Origin: Mobula hypostoma
Taxonomy: Eukaryota
Reading direction: 5' to 3'
Assembly: GCF_963921235.1 (NCBI RefSeq)
Contig: NC_086097.1
Location: 55,182,001-55,246,000 of the forward strand
DNA length: 64,000 bases
The translations under genes were made by a program, and so were the position numbers. This document shows, in pieces, positions 26,861 to 38,830 of the stretch (within the stretch, counting starts at the first letter, position 1; every line of letters begins with the position of its first letter). Below the pieces are notes generated by a model. The model made no database searches. It had not been told where the DNA came from and saw nothing but the letters and a program-made list of their open reading frames with translations.

Positions 26861-27015
26861 TGATGTTTCAGGCTGAGACCTTTCATCAGGACTATTGAAG
26901 GGTCTCAGCCTGAAATGTCAACTGTACTCTTTGCCATAGATGCTGCCTGGACTGCTGAGTTCCTCCAGCATTTTGTGTGTGTTGCTTGGATTTCCAGCAA
27001 CTGCAAATTTTTTTC
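26861..27015. mobile_element. Penelope-like end with two head-to-head hammerhead motifs
   Basis: 25-bp inverted repeat 26861-26885 / 26896-26920; minus arm keeps CUGAUGA..GAAA, plus arm reads CUAUUGA..GAAA. Confidence 0.7.
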
Positions 27016-27569
27016 TTAATGTATATTTGTTTCTGTGGAATTGCCAGTTGGGTAGGCTATCATAACAATTCCATTTCAATTGTCTGAAAAGTTCTATGAA
27101 AACACAGATGAGAGTGAAGTGTTTTTAACTTCAACTTCATGTGTATGTGCAAAATGTTTGAGATGAGATGAAATATATTTCACATATTTAAATTTAATTT
27201 AAGCTACTGAGTTCATATCCCTCATTGTGAAATTGATGATTTAATTTCTGTAGTTTCTTTGGGTTCTTGTATTCCAGTCTGCAGTAATGACCTAAAGAAA
27301 AATCATGTTTGGAGCTTTTGATTTGGCTCCTTGTGGAATTGAGTTCATACAAATGTCATATTCTGCAGGGTAGTTTAAATCTGTGTAGCAGAGTAGATGG
27401 AGCTTTTTAACGTATGCCATTCTCAACATTGGCAGTTTAACGTTGGCTTTACCAACACTGACTTCATTTCAGACCAAAAAGAACAAATTGACCCTTTTCA
27501 CTTCATCATGAAAACATATTTTATATTAATTCATAAATAAACAATATAATAATATCCATTTTTATTTAG

Positions 27570-27638
27570 AGTTTGCACAAAGAGAAGGAAGCTTTAACAG
27601 CTGAAGTACAAAAGCTGCAAGTTCAGACATCTGAACAG
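27570..27638 (+). CDS. KTN1: Kinectin exon 8/33 (module 2a): SLHKEKEALTAEVQKLQVQTSEQ
   Basis: ag/gtaggt; 69 nt, phase 0-0. Confidence 0.92.
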
Positions 27639-27799
27639 GTAGGTTATTTTATTGTTTAACTATATTTTTGAAAGCATCCCTTCTGCCAATGTTGACAATA
27701 TGCATGTAAATCTTTTGTTCTCTTGACTTCTCCCAGACAGAGTTCTTCTTGTCCTGTATTCCACCTTACCAGTCCAAAAACTATGTTCCTACTTTCCCT

Positions 27800-28830
27800 T
27801 AACTCTGCTGTGTCAGTTCCCCATAGTTTTTGGTCCCCTGATCTTTCAAAAATGTTAAGGGTTCATTTGAAAAGGAAGGTACAGAGGCCCGGGTTTTTGA
27901 ACTTGCTGATAAGTTTGGAGGTGTTAATAGTATTGAACTCTGATGTAGATGTATCTAATCAGGACACTTTTCATGGGGTTGCCCTCTTGAAGGATACTCT
28001 GTCAGCCTTGGAGACTGAGATCACAAGACCATCAGAAGCCTTGTGGGGTGGGGAGGAGATCTGGCAGGAGTGTCGTTTATTCTCCCTTTCATAGTGTACA
28101 TAAACACCATTGAATTTGTGTGGGAGTGAGGTGTTGCTGCTATTTATGCTACCCATTTTCATGTTAGGAAGTGATAGATGCAGGCCCTGTTACAGTTGTT
28201 GAGCATCATCTAAGACTCCAATCTAGTCTACAGTTGTCTGTACATGTTTGCAATAACCTTCCTGAGGTCATACCTGAACTTGATCACTCTGGATTGTCCT
28301 AAATGCCATAGATCTAGCCTTCAGGTTGCTAATTTCCTGGTTCATTTAGGCCTTCTGCTTGGATAAGACTCCATATATTTTTGAGGGTATACACTTGTCC
28401 TTTCAGTTCTTTATGAAGTCAGTTATCATTTCAGCATGTTCACTCAGGTCTGCTGACAAATCCTTGAACATGGTCCTGTCCACCAAGTCCTTCTGTATTT
28501 GTCCCTTTGCCTTCCTTGATGAGCTTATCATCGTCCTCACACCTAGCGCCACTCTCTTCGGTCTCTGCTAGTACACAGGAAGAAGAGGCACAGCAAGGTG
28601 GTTGGATTTGCCAAAAGTGTGAGCAAGGGTTGGAGCAGTAGGCACTCCTGATGCTGGTATAGCCATGACTGATTACATGTGGTTCTCTGGGTTGAAGTGA
28701 ACATCTTGATAGTCAAGCAGCAATTTCTTCAAGCTTGTATGGTTCAAGTCCCGAGCGATTATAAAGGAGATGGCAAGGTACACCACTTAGTGTTGATCAC
28801 AGCACTCAGTTCCCAAGGATTAACTTGATT
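27800..28830 (-). mobile_element. Rex1/Babar-type LINE remnant, highly decayed
   Basis: Segments such as AATGCCATAGATCTAGCCTTCAG match 4830-4852. Confidence 0.5.
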
Positions 28831-30284
28831 TCTGTCTGAGACAGAACATCACTTTGGGTTAGAGTTTGAGTGCATCTGGGAGGAAGCTTCCTCAACAAGA
28901 GAGTGGCGAGTACTTGGAATGCACTACTAGAGAAGATGGTGGAGGCAGAGATGCTAACAACATTTTAAGAAGTGCATTGATGAGCACTTGAATTGTCTGC
29001 GCATAGACAGCTTTAAGGCAAACGATGGAAAATGGGGTTCATATCACTGGGTGGCTCGCTGGTTTATATTTGGCTGCATGCTGCTTCTAAGATGTCTGAC
29101 TCATTGTTTTATAACGAACTTGCTATTTATTTACTATTATACATTTAGCTGCCTTAACTATTTTCTGTACCTGTCTATTAACTTGTGATTCATACAAAAG
29201 GACACATAGATCGATCTGTACTTTGCATTCTTACTCCCTTAGATAATCTGCCTTTTTCTAGTACCAAAGTGCATGACTTCAAACTTTCCTATGTTTTCCA
29301 TGTTTTAGGAACAGCTTCTTACCTTCTGCCATCAGATTTCTGAACATTCAGTGAACCCATGAATACGACCTCACCATTTTGCCCTCTTTTTGCACTAATT
29401 TAATTTATATCTTGTATTATTTATGTGTTGCACTCTACTGCTGTTGCAAAACAGCAAATTTCTCTTCATATCAGTGTTAATAAACGTGCTGATTCTGACA
29501 TTAAGCTCCATTTATCTAACTTTAACTAAGTCATTCAATCTATTTGTATCCTATTACATTATCGCAATATTGCTTACAGTTGCAATGTTTGAGTTACCTC
29601 TTCTCGGCATCCAATGACCCAAATCGTCCTTACAGGTGAAGGAGTAATTTGTTTGCATTTCTTCCAATTTAATGCATTGCATTTAGTGCTCACAATGTTT
29701 ATCTTTAATGCATCGAAAAAAACAAATGCAAATTAGGTGACTACTTTGTGGTGACCCCAAGCTTCTGGTTGCCTGCCATGTTAGTTCTCTGGCCCACTCT
29801 AACCTATCTATTTATGCCTCTTGTATCGTGGTAAACACTTCAGATTGAGGAGCAGCACTGCAGCTTCCATCTGAGCAAGTTGTAGCAACTTAGATGAACA
29901 ACTTGGGTAACTTTGTGATAAAGGATCTCGGAATTGAAGAGTTAATTGATTTTCTCTTTCTGCAGATGCTGCTTGATGTAGTGAAAGTTTCTGGCTTTTT
30001 CTTTTTTAGTTTCAAGGTGTTTTTAACATTCAAGTTGTGCTAATACTTTGAAAATTCAGCTGAACAAATGCGATTCAATTGACACTAGTCTGGTAATTTT
30101 ATTTGGTAACAGCATTTTCTGCAGATTTTCTTTTGAGAATTCATGCCTTATAATGAATTATAAAAACAAAACACTGTCAAATGTCATTCATATGTTGAGG
30201 GCACCCAGTATGGATAATACATCATCTCTTTGTCGTAATAACTTTTAATACTTCTAGGGAAAAAGATCCAGTATATCTTGCTAC

Positions 30285-30449
30285 ACACACGAAAATTGCT
30301 GGTGAACGCAGCAGGCCAGGTGGCATCTATTTGGGCCGAGAGGTCGACTGTACCTCCTCCTATAGATGCTGCCTGGCCTACTGCGTTCACCAGCAATTTT
30401 TGTGTGTTGCTTGAAATTCCAGCATCTGCAGATTTCCTCATGTTTGTGT
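30285..30449. mobile_element. Palindromic Penelope-derived insertion with 15-bp TSD
   Basis: ~45-bp arms 30285-30329 / 30362-30407; TSD AGTATATCTTGCTAC at 30270-30284 and 30450-30464. Confidence 0.8.
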
Positions 30450-30702
30450 AGTATATCTTGCTACTTTAGTGCTCCATCTTGGTGTCTACTTGAAAATTGG
30501 GATTTGATTTAATCTTTTAACTTCCTATTTTTCTATGTAAGTTTTTTTCGAAGCAATTGTAGTTCAAAACTGTCCAGCAAAAGATATTGCTGAGAAGACT
30601 CTCAAATGTGGTTTAAAGGAACAAGAATACTTTGACGATATTTTTCATATTCTTTGTCAGATGGTGCTCCTTACTACTTTCACATGTTTCTTTTGTATGT
30701 AG

Positions 30703-30740
30703 GCTTCAGCTTTATGCCAGATGGAACAGATGCAAAAATG
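30703..30740 (+). CDS. KTN1: Kinectin exon 9/33 (module 2b): ASALCQMEQMQK
   Basis: ag/gtgagt; 38 nt, phase 0-2. Confidence 0.9.
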
Positions 30741-30825
30741 GTGAGTCACCTTTATCACTTGGTTTAATCTAGTGCTATTCCATTGCACTTTCATGTGTTT
30801 GATACGCTTTTTTTTAAAAAATAAG

Positions 30826-30916
30826 TCTTCAGGAACGGGATGAAAAAATAAAAACAGTTGAAGAATTATTGGAATCTGGACTTATTCAGGTGGCAGAAAA
30901 AAAGGAAGAAATTGAG
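30826..30916 (+). CDS. KTN1: Kinectin exon 10/33 (module 2c): LQERDEKIKTVEELLESGLIQVAEKKEEIE
   Basis: aag/gtatgc; 91 nt, phase 2-0; diagnostic KTVEELLE.GLIQVA. Confidence 0.93.
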
Positions 30917-31619
30917 GTATGCCAAACATCTACCACAAAAATAATTGTAAGGCATCTTTAATTTGTAATTCCTGCTTTCTTTTAGATTTTTGTCAAGAAA
31001 GGATGTGTGGGTGTGGAGAAGATTTGCCAATATATTTTCTAAATTGGAGGTTGGCAGTAGTATGAGACAGTGGATAGTTTGTTTTCTCTGTGAGGAAACT
31101 GAGCAGCAAGTTGATGTATATAAAACGATGAGGGAGATGAGGTAGAAAGAAAAAAAATCGTTCTCCCTTGGTGGGTTGTCAAAGACGAGCAACATTTGAG
31201 TGTACCTGAAGTGGAACTTTGTGTATAAACTGTTTGGAATTTGGCAAGTGCTCCCTGAAGGGATGTAGGCAGATTTGCTTATGATATTTAAGAAGCCTCT
31301 CGGCAATTATTTGAATCACCAAGGCACCAAAGGGAATGAACCTGAGGAAATGGGATTAGTGTAGGTAGAATGGGGCGTGGACACAAGGACCCATGTTTGT
31401 GCTGTATAACAGTGACTCTATGTACTGTTGAACTTGTCTCTATATTCCTAGCCCAGTAACATAACCACTAGCATAACTAAAGAAAGACACTTATGCAAAT
31501 AATTCTAATCAATAACTAGCCAGGCTAGAATTTTATTCCTTTAGTGTAGGAGACTAGGGGGTATATACAATTATGAGGGATATAATTAAGGTGGATTATT
31601 TGCATCTATTTTCTAAATC

Positions 31620-34160
31620 TCCTATGGGGGAATGAGACTGGACAGGTAGGGGAACACTACAGCTCATGATCATCATGCCATTAGTTTCAATATAATTATT
31701 GAGAAGGACGGGTCTGGTCTACTGGCTGAGATTCTAAATTTGAGAAAGGGCAATTTTCATGGTATCAGAAGGAATCTGGCAAGTCTAGGTACTTTTCAGG
31801 CAAAGGTGTATTTGGTAAGGGAAGGCCTTCAAGAGTGAAATTTTGAGAATACAGTGTTTGAAAGTTTCTGCCAGAATAAAAGACTAGGATAACAGGTTTA
31901 GGAGAACCTTGGTTTTTGAGAGATATTGAGCTCCTGGTTTAAGAAACAGAAGGCTGTGCCTAGCATGTCTAGGTAGGTAGGAGCAAATGTGGTACTTGAG
32001 GAATATAAAAGAAGCACGAGAACAGTTAAGAAGGAAATCAGGAGGGTTAAAAGAAGATGTAGGTTTGCTCTAGCAGACTTCTATCCAAGGGCTTCTACAG
32101 ATATAGTAAGAGCAAAAAGATGGGAAGGGACAAAATTGGTCCTTTGAAAGAACAGAACACTCATCCATACATGGAGCTGAAAGAGATGGGAGGGATCTTG
32201 AATAGATTTTATTTTTGCATCTGTGTTTATTTGGATGATGGACAGAATCTTTAGAAATGAGGAAAAGCAGCTGTGAGGTCATGGACTGTATACAGATGAC
32301 AGAGGAGGAGGTGTTTGCAGTCTTGAGGCAAATTAGGGTGGATAAACCCCCAGGACTTGACAAGGTGTTTAAGATGGATCCTGTGGGAGGCTAGTGCAGA
32401 ATTGTAGTGGCCCTGGCAGAGATATTTAAAATGTCCTTAGCCATGAGTGAGGTGCTAGAGGATAGTTAATGTTGTTCTGTTGTTTAAGAAAAGCTGTAAG
32501 TATAAAACAGGAAATTATCAGCCTGCCATTAGTTGTGGGAAAGTTATTGGTAAGTATTTTAAGGGATTGGATATGTAAGTATTTGGATAGAAAGTGACTG
32601 ATTAAGGATAGTCAGCATGGCGTTGGTTGTGTCTAACCAATCTAATTGTTTTTGGAGGAGGTTACCAGGAAAGCTGATGAAGGCAAGGCAGTGGATGTTG
32701 TCTACGTAGATTTTAGCTTGGCCTTGAAGGTGGTAAGTTCAATTAAATATAGGCTTTGTGAGAACAGTCAGAGTGTGGTAGTGGGTAGTTGCCTCTCATT
32801 GGAGGCCTGTGACTAATGGTGTGCTGCAGGGATCAACGCTGGGTCATTGTTTGTAATCTATATTAATGATCTGGATGATAATGTGCTAAACTGGAACAGC
32901 AAATTTGCCAGTAACACTAAGGTTGGGGTTGTAGTGGGCAGTGAGGAAGGCTATCAAAGTTTGTAGTAGGATCTGGACCAGCTGGAAAAATGGGCTGAAA
33001 AGTGGCAGATGGAATTTAAGCAACACACAAAAAAGTTGCTGGTGAACGCAGCAGGCCAGGCAGCATCTCTAGGAACAGGAAGAATTTTATGCAGACAGTG
33101 TGAGGTGTTGCACTTTGGGAGGACAAACCAGGGTAGGACTTGCATGGTGTGCAGTTAAGGCACTGAGGAGTGCAGTAGAACAGAGGGATCTGGGAATTCA
33201 GATCCATAATTCCTTGATAGTGGCATCACGGGTAGATAGTATCTTAAAGAAAACTTTTGGCTTGTTGGCCTTCATAAACCAAGGTATTGAGTGCAGAAGT
33301 TGGAATGTCATGTTGAAATTTTATAAGATGTGAGGCCTAATTTGGAGTTTGTGTGCAGTTTTGCTCATCTACCTGCAGGAGAGATGTCAATGATTGAAAG
33401 AGTACAGCAAAAATTGATAAGTATGTTTCTAGGAATTAAGAAGCTGAGTTATAGAGAAAAGGTTTGGACTTTAATCCCAAGTGCATTGAATTATGAATTT
33501 GATGGAGAGGTACAGAATTATGAGGGATATAGATAAGTAAATGCAAGCAGATTTTTTTTCCACTTAGGTTGGTTGAGACTAGAACTAGAAGTCATGGTTT
33601 AAGCTTGAAAGGTGAAATGTTTAAAGGAAACATGAGGGTGAATTACTTCCCTCAGAGTAGCGAGAGTGTGGAATCAACTGCTAGTGGAAGTGGATGTGGG
33701 TTCAATTTCAACATTTAAGAGGAATTTGGGTAGGTACATGGTTGTTGGTGGGACTGTACAGATTGTTAGTTTGGCACAGACTAGATGAGCCCATGGGCCC
33801 TGTTTCTGTGTAGTAGTTTTCTATGTTCCTTGTCTTTATGAATATACTCAGTCTATTTCCCAAGGTTGATGAATCGAAAACTAGAATGCATAGGTTTAAG
33901 GTAAGAGGCTAAAGATTCAGGAGGAACTTGAGCAAATTTTTTTACACAAAGTGGTATCTGTGTGGAATCAGCTGCCAGAGGAAGTGGTTGAGGTAGCTGC
34001 AATAACAACTTCTAAAAGACAGTTGGACTGGTACTTGGATTGGAAAGGTTCAGAAGTGTATGGGCCAAATGCAGGTGAAAAAGGACTGGCTTGGATTGGG
34101 CGTCATGGACCAGTTGGGCTGTCGGGCCTGTTTCCATGCTGTATAACTTGGTGACTCTCG
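31620..34160 (+). mobile_element. CR1 LINE(s), degenerate
   Basis: Reverse-complement similarity to 10060-11617; ORF remnant EQRDLGIQIHNSL; a second CR1 tail at ~33850-34160. Confidence 0.8.
33019..33081 (-). mobile_element. Short Penelope-like end inserted in CR1
   Basis: Near-identical to 17511-17570; flanked by GAATTTA / GAATTTTA duplication. Confidence 0.7.
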
Positions 34161-34254
34161 TCTAACAGGATACTTAGTGAACTTAGAATACGCAGTCAAA
34201 AATTTCTAAGCTTTAGCCATGAACTGACTAACCTTCTGGTATTCCATTTTAAAG

Positions 34255-34323
34255 ATTTTGAATAAAGAAAATAATAGCTTAAGACAAAGGATTGAAGAAC
34301 TTGAAGTGAAAAGTGTTGAACAG
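34255..34323 (+). CDS. KTN1: Kinectin exon 11/33 (module 3a): ILNKENNSLRQRIEELEVKSVEQ
   Basis: ag/gtaaac; 69 nt, phase 0-0. Confidence 0.9.
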
Positions 34324-35251
34324 GTAAACTAAAGCTGATTTGTTTTTTATTATTTCATACCAGATTTATTGTGGATTTGAATTTTACTTTTTGAATTTGA
34401 GCATTGACCCAATTAATCTCAATTGCTCATTTATATCCACCTATAACTTGCTGTCCATTACAGTGCTGGCATTTAGGGCAGTAGTGAAGGTCCTCCATCT
34501 CTGTCCATGGTGTTTCAGGGCTTTGTTCATTATGCCATTAGCTTCCTCTCAGTTTTCACTATTGTCAACCATGCAAATCCAGAATGGAGACCAGGAACAC
34601 CATTTTACACAGATGTAAAAGGATTCTTCATTGTTGTTTCCGTAACAGTTTTGTTTGACCAGTCAGGGTTGTTGGCCCTGGCTGAACCTGGACGTTAGTG
34701 CAATTAATAAATGAGAAGCTACCAATTATAATCTAATGAGAAATGATAATTCTGGGTTACTTGAAATTTCGAAAAAAAAAAGTGAAGTCTTTCTTGATCA
34801 TACTGTCAGCATAACACTTACCATGCACAATGGAAAGCAAGGAATTATAAATATTTAGATTTTTTGAAAATTGCTGCTTGATTTTAGTCCAATGGCAGAA
34901 AAATTATGAAGGAATTTAGGAGAAAGAAATGTTCTTTTTTCAATGTAATTGAAAATTAAATCTATTTTTAAATTTGAGAGTCATAGAAAGGATTGAAATG
35001 CAGATCTAACTAAATTAATCTGGCTTGTTCTAATTTTATAAGATAATTTTAAAATTCAACATGTTATTGATGGTATTTAATTTATAGGTATTTTAGGGTT
35101 ATGCAGATAGCCTCCCCTCTTTTAGAAGTTTTTTTTGAAGATGTTTCTACTATATGGAAAATCAGTATTGTTGGCCATGCATTTTATGTGTAGAATCCGA
35201 AATTTGTATGATTTTAATATGAAATAATATTGTTTCTTGCGTGTATTTTAG

Positions 35252-35289
35252 ATTTCTTCTGCATCCAAAGTAGAAGAACTGCAGCAAGT
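35252..35289 (+). CDS. KTN1: Kinectin exon 12/33 (module 3b): ISSASKVEELQQ
   Basis: ag/gtaagt; 38 nt, phase 0-2. Confidence 0.9.
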
Positions 35290-35369
35290 GTAAGTACTAG
35301 GTTGAAGAACATTAATAATTTCTTCAAAATTTATTATGCTTCTGCTGATGACCATTTCTTTGACTGTAG

Positions 35370-35460
35370 CATTAAAGAGAAGAGTGAAGCTGTAAAGTCC
35401 ATTGAAGGTCTTTTGGAGTCTCAGATATTTAAAATAGAAAGTAATGAAAAAACTATTCAG
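35370..35460 (+). CDS. KTN1: Kinectin exon 13/33 (module 3c): IKEKSEAVKSIEGLLESQIFKIESNEKTIQ
   Basis: ag/gt; 91 nt, phase 2-0. Confidence 0.92.
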
Positions 35461-35615
35461 GTATTCAGTCTGTAAATTTTTCTTTGAAATTTCTGTTTCT
35501 GGCAACCATAATGCATTCTCATAATCTCTGTTCCTATATTTGCACATAACAGTGAAATTTGATTAGAAAGTTTTTTGCCTGTTTTGTTTTTTAAACTACT
35601 GCTTTCCTCTTCAAG

Positions 35616-35669
35616 GCTTTGCGGAAGGAAAATGAGATGCTTAGAGCTGAAGTACAAAGTGCTCAACAG
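35616..35669 (+). CDS. KTN1: Kinectin exon 14/33 (module 4a, short): ALRKENEMLRAEVQSAQQ
   Basis: aag/gtaatg; 54 nt, phase 0-0. Confidence 0.87.
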
Positions 35670-35901
35670 GTAATGAAATGCCTTAAATATTTGAGTTTAT
35701 CACAAGATACCTGGGAAAGGATCTACAGTTTCTCTCAACTTTGTATAATTAGTATAGCTCTTTGTGTACTAATTTGATCAAAAATAAAGTTCTTATTTAT
35801 GTAGTTTTAAAAAACATGAGCAGTAGTTTAGAAAGATGTGTAAAGTTACAATTATGAATTATTAGTTGTCACTGATTTTTAATATGACTTCATTCTTATA
35901 G

Positions 35902-35939
35902 ATGTCTACAACACCAAAATTGGATGATCTTGAGAAAAT
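35902..35939 (+). CDS. KTN1: Kinectin exon 15/33 (module 4b): MSTTPKLDDLEK
   Basis: ag/gtaagt; 38 nt, phase 0-2. Confidence 0.88.
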
Positions 35940-36016
35940 GTAAGTATTTTTCTCAGGTATTGAAATGTCATTTGTTTAATAATTGCTTCTCTGACTTAAG
36001 CTTTTTCTGCTCAAAG

Positions 36017-36107
36017 AATTAAGGCACAAGAAGAAGAAGTTACTAAGTTGAAGGCTGCATTGGCAGAAAGTACAGAAGCAGCTGCCAACAAAATGGCTGG
36101 AATTCAG
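36017..36107 (+). CDS. KTN1: Kinectin exon 16/33 (module 4c): IKAQEEEVTKLKAALAESTEAAANKMAGIQ
   Basis: aag/gtaatc; 91 nt, phase 2-0. Confidence 0.88.
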
Positions 36108-36339
36108 GTAATCTCAAAATATTACGGCAGAAATAGTGATCATGTGATTTTCATTTATTTAACTCTACAGAGAAAAATTTTAAAAGAAAGAAAAGTTACT
36201 TTCTTTTTGAATTTTGTTGTCCCTTGTTTCTCTGTGTGCTGGAGATGTGAGCAGATGCTCCACCCCTACCCCCACCTGTATCTGCTTTAGCTGGTATGTG
36301 TTCATTAGACTACTGGGTGTAACCTTCTGGCTTGTCATC

Positions 36340-36515
36340 CTTTCCCTTCTTATTCTGGCATGTTTCCCCCTTTACTTCCAGTCCTGATTAGGGTCTCAGC
36401 CTGAAACATTGACTGTTTATTCATTTCCATAGATGCTACCTGACCTCCTGAGTTCCTTCAGCATTTTGTTTGTGTTGCTCTGGATTTCCAGCATCTGCAG
36501 GATCTCTTGTGTTTA
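36340..36515 (+). mobile_element. Penelope-like end with core-mutated hammerhead (36379-36415)
   Basis: CAGTC-CTGATTA-GGGTCTCAGCCT-GAAACATT-GACTG followed by the family tail. Confidence 0.7.
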
Positions 36516-36936
36516 TAATTTATCTGTAGCACCTGAATAAGATATGTTAAATTAAATTTGTAGTTTTTTTATTTTCAACTAGCTTGTGGTTTATCAAATA
36601 AATGAATCATTTTCATCTATCTTTTATCGGGATTTAAATGTTACTTTTATAATTCCTTTTCTCTAGCTAACAACACAAGTGAAGTAAAACAAATAGTTTT
36701 ATTTACAATACTTGTTCATGACTTTCTATTCTAGTTCGGGCATTAGATTTTTCAGTTGGCACCATTTGCCTGAAAACAAATTATGTCACTTCAGTATTTT
36801 TGAATTGACTTAATTCTAACTATTAATGCTATTAAAGAGATTCAGTATTTTCAGCCAAAGGTACATAGTCACAATATGCAAGTCTTCTGTTTGTTTCAAA
36901 AATTTCACCTAAAAAGTATGTTTTTGGTTTAAATAG

Positions 36937-37005
36937 AATGTTCTACAGGAAAATGATGCTTTGAACTTGGAGATTCAGCAGCTACAGTTTCAAATGATTA
37001 ACCAG
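36937..37005 (+). CDS. KTN1: Kinectin exon 17/33 (module 5a): NVLQENDALNLEIQQLQFQMINQ
   Basis: ag/gtaagt; 69 nt, phase 0-0; in-frame alternative acceptor possible at 36949. Confidence 0.87.
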
Positions 37006-38141
37006 GTAAGTATTTGATCAGTAACTTGAAATTGTACAGCACCCACTGATGAATGCAATTTTATACTTGAAATCCAGGTTTATAATGTTGCTGAACTTAG
37101 ATTTGTGAATGCCCAAGTTCTCTTCATCTGTCATCATGGAACAAAACTAAAAAGCTTGAGATGGCTGTTAGGATTTGTCTTTTCCCCTCTATTTTCTTGG
37201 CTGCATAAAAAAAATCCTCATAACCCATTCTCCTCAGATTAATTTCTGTTTCTTCACTTTCACAAATACTATGCAGGCATTTCTCTCAAATTGCAATGGC
37301 CAGGCTGCATGTTATGATCTTGTAAATTTATGTGGTGTATGTATTGTTCAATTTTAGTGACTGCCTTGATTTGTTCTCACATAAAAATAAAATTGTTGAA
37401 CGTAAACCACAGATTGAGCAGCATCTGTGGTGTGAGAAATGGATAGTTTTTGATGACACTTCATTACGACCTTTTTTGTAGAATTTTGATTTTTTTAATA
37501 GATTCCTATTGTGGCCTGATGGGAAGGTACCAGTGTAATGTGTGAGGAGTGTTAGATTGCTCTGGCCTGTATTCGCTGGAATTTAGATGAATGAATTTTT
37601 TGCTGACCGTTTCAGTGCTGTCCCTGGTGATCTCTCCATAGAAAGTTACTTGATAATAATTTAGATCCCTTGTAGTTAAATGAACTACATAATATTTCTG
37701 TAGATACTATAGCAAATAAGTTATTGCACCAAGAATTTTAAATCTTCTGTTGATGACATTTCAAGGTTCTAGTGCAGTGGTGTGAAACACTAATAGGTGA
37801 GTTTTTAAGGCTTTTGTCTTTTTCTTATCCTTAAGACGTTCTACTGCTCAGCTGACCATTCCTTATCTCAGAATCTGGCCAGTTATTCATTGTGGGATTT
37901 TCATAGAAGAGATCAATTCTATTATTCCATGATTTTTCCCCTCTCTGTATGCACATTTTGGGATGACTCATACATAACCCTTGAAAGAAAAAGTCATAAT
38001 CTAGAAATTTCAGTAGCCTTGATTTTTGTCTTGGTATTTCAGGTAATGCTGCTCTGGGTGTATGTGGAAAATATTTCATTTGATTTTGAATTATGATAGT
38101 TTGAGGTCATTACCTTCTAACTTTGTTTATTTTATCCTTAG

Positions 38142-38179
38142 CAGGATTCAGTGTCTGTGGTGGCAAAGCTCCAGGCGAA
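38142..38179 (+). CDS. KTN1: Kinectin exon 18/33 (module 5b): QDSVSVVAKLQA
   Basis: TAGCAG tandem acceptor / gtaagt; 38 nt (35 if the second AG is used), phase 0-2. Confidence 0.86.
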
Positions 38180-38254
38180 GTAAGTATTCTAATAAATTAA
38201 TTTGAGGAAACCAGTTGAAATTGTATGGTCCTTAACTTGCTTTTATTACTCCAG

Positions 38255-38345
38255 TCTAGTTGAGAAGGATGAAAAGATCAAGAATGTTGAAGACCAGTTG
38301 GAAAAGGAATTGCTCAAATTAGAAAACAATGGCCAAAGAATTAAG
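38255..38345 (+). CDS. KTN1: Kinectin exon 19/33 (module 5c): LVEKDEKIKNVEDQLEKELLKLENNGQRIK
   Basis: cag/gt; 91 nt, phase 2-0. Confidence 0.92.
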
Positions 38346-38487
38346 GTATTTAGATATTTTTGTTAATTGATCAATGCCATGTTATTTTCTTTTATTTCTG
38401 TAAAGTGCTGTACTTGAGGCATGATACTTTGCTATGCTGAGTAACATGTACTTGTGTGGTTCATATCTTATTTGCTAAAATCTTTAG

Positions 38488-38556
38488 GATTTGCAAGAAG
38501 AAAATGATTTACTCAAGAAACAGGTAGAAAACTTCGAACTTCAAAAATCTGAACAG
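38488..38556 (+). CDS. KTN1: Kinectin exon 20/33 (module 6a): DLQEENDLLKKQVENFELQKSEQ
   Basis: ag/gtaact; 69 nt, phase 0-0. Confidence 0.92.
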
Positions 38557-38619
38557 GTAACTGATGTAAGAATAAGATAACTGATAAAAGGATAAAATTC
38601 CTTTTTGATAGTTTATTTA

Positions 38620-38830
38620 GATACATAAAAAGAAAGAACCAGTATGGCCCACTTATTTCACACTTCCCTTCAAGCACCCATCCTCATTTTATTCTTGTGC
38701 ATTTGCCTTGCCTCTCAGGTTCTACCATTCATCTATACACTAGAGACAATTTACAGAGGCCAATTGACCTAATAATATGCCCACCTTTGGAACTTGGAAA
38801 GAAAATGGAACACCCAGGGGAAACCTGTGA
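38620..38830 (-). mobile_element. SINE remnant (V-SINE/HE1-like)
   Basis: GGAAAGAAAATGGAACACCCAGGGGAAACC resembles the reverse V-domain; decayed. Confidence 0.4.

Noticed and set aside
35230..35475. ORF spanning the 80-nt intron, suggesting in-frame intron retention
   Set aside because: 80 is not a multiple of 3 and the ORF is out of frame with exon 35252-35289
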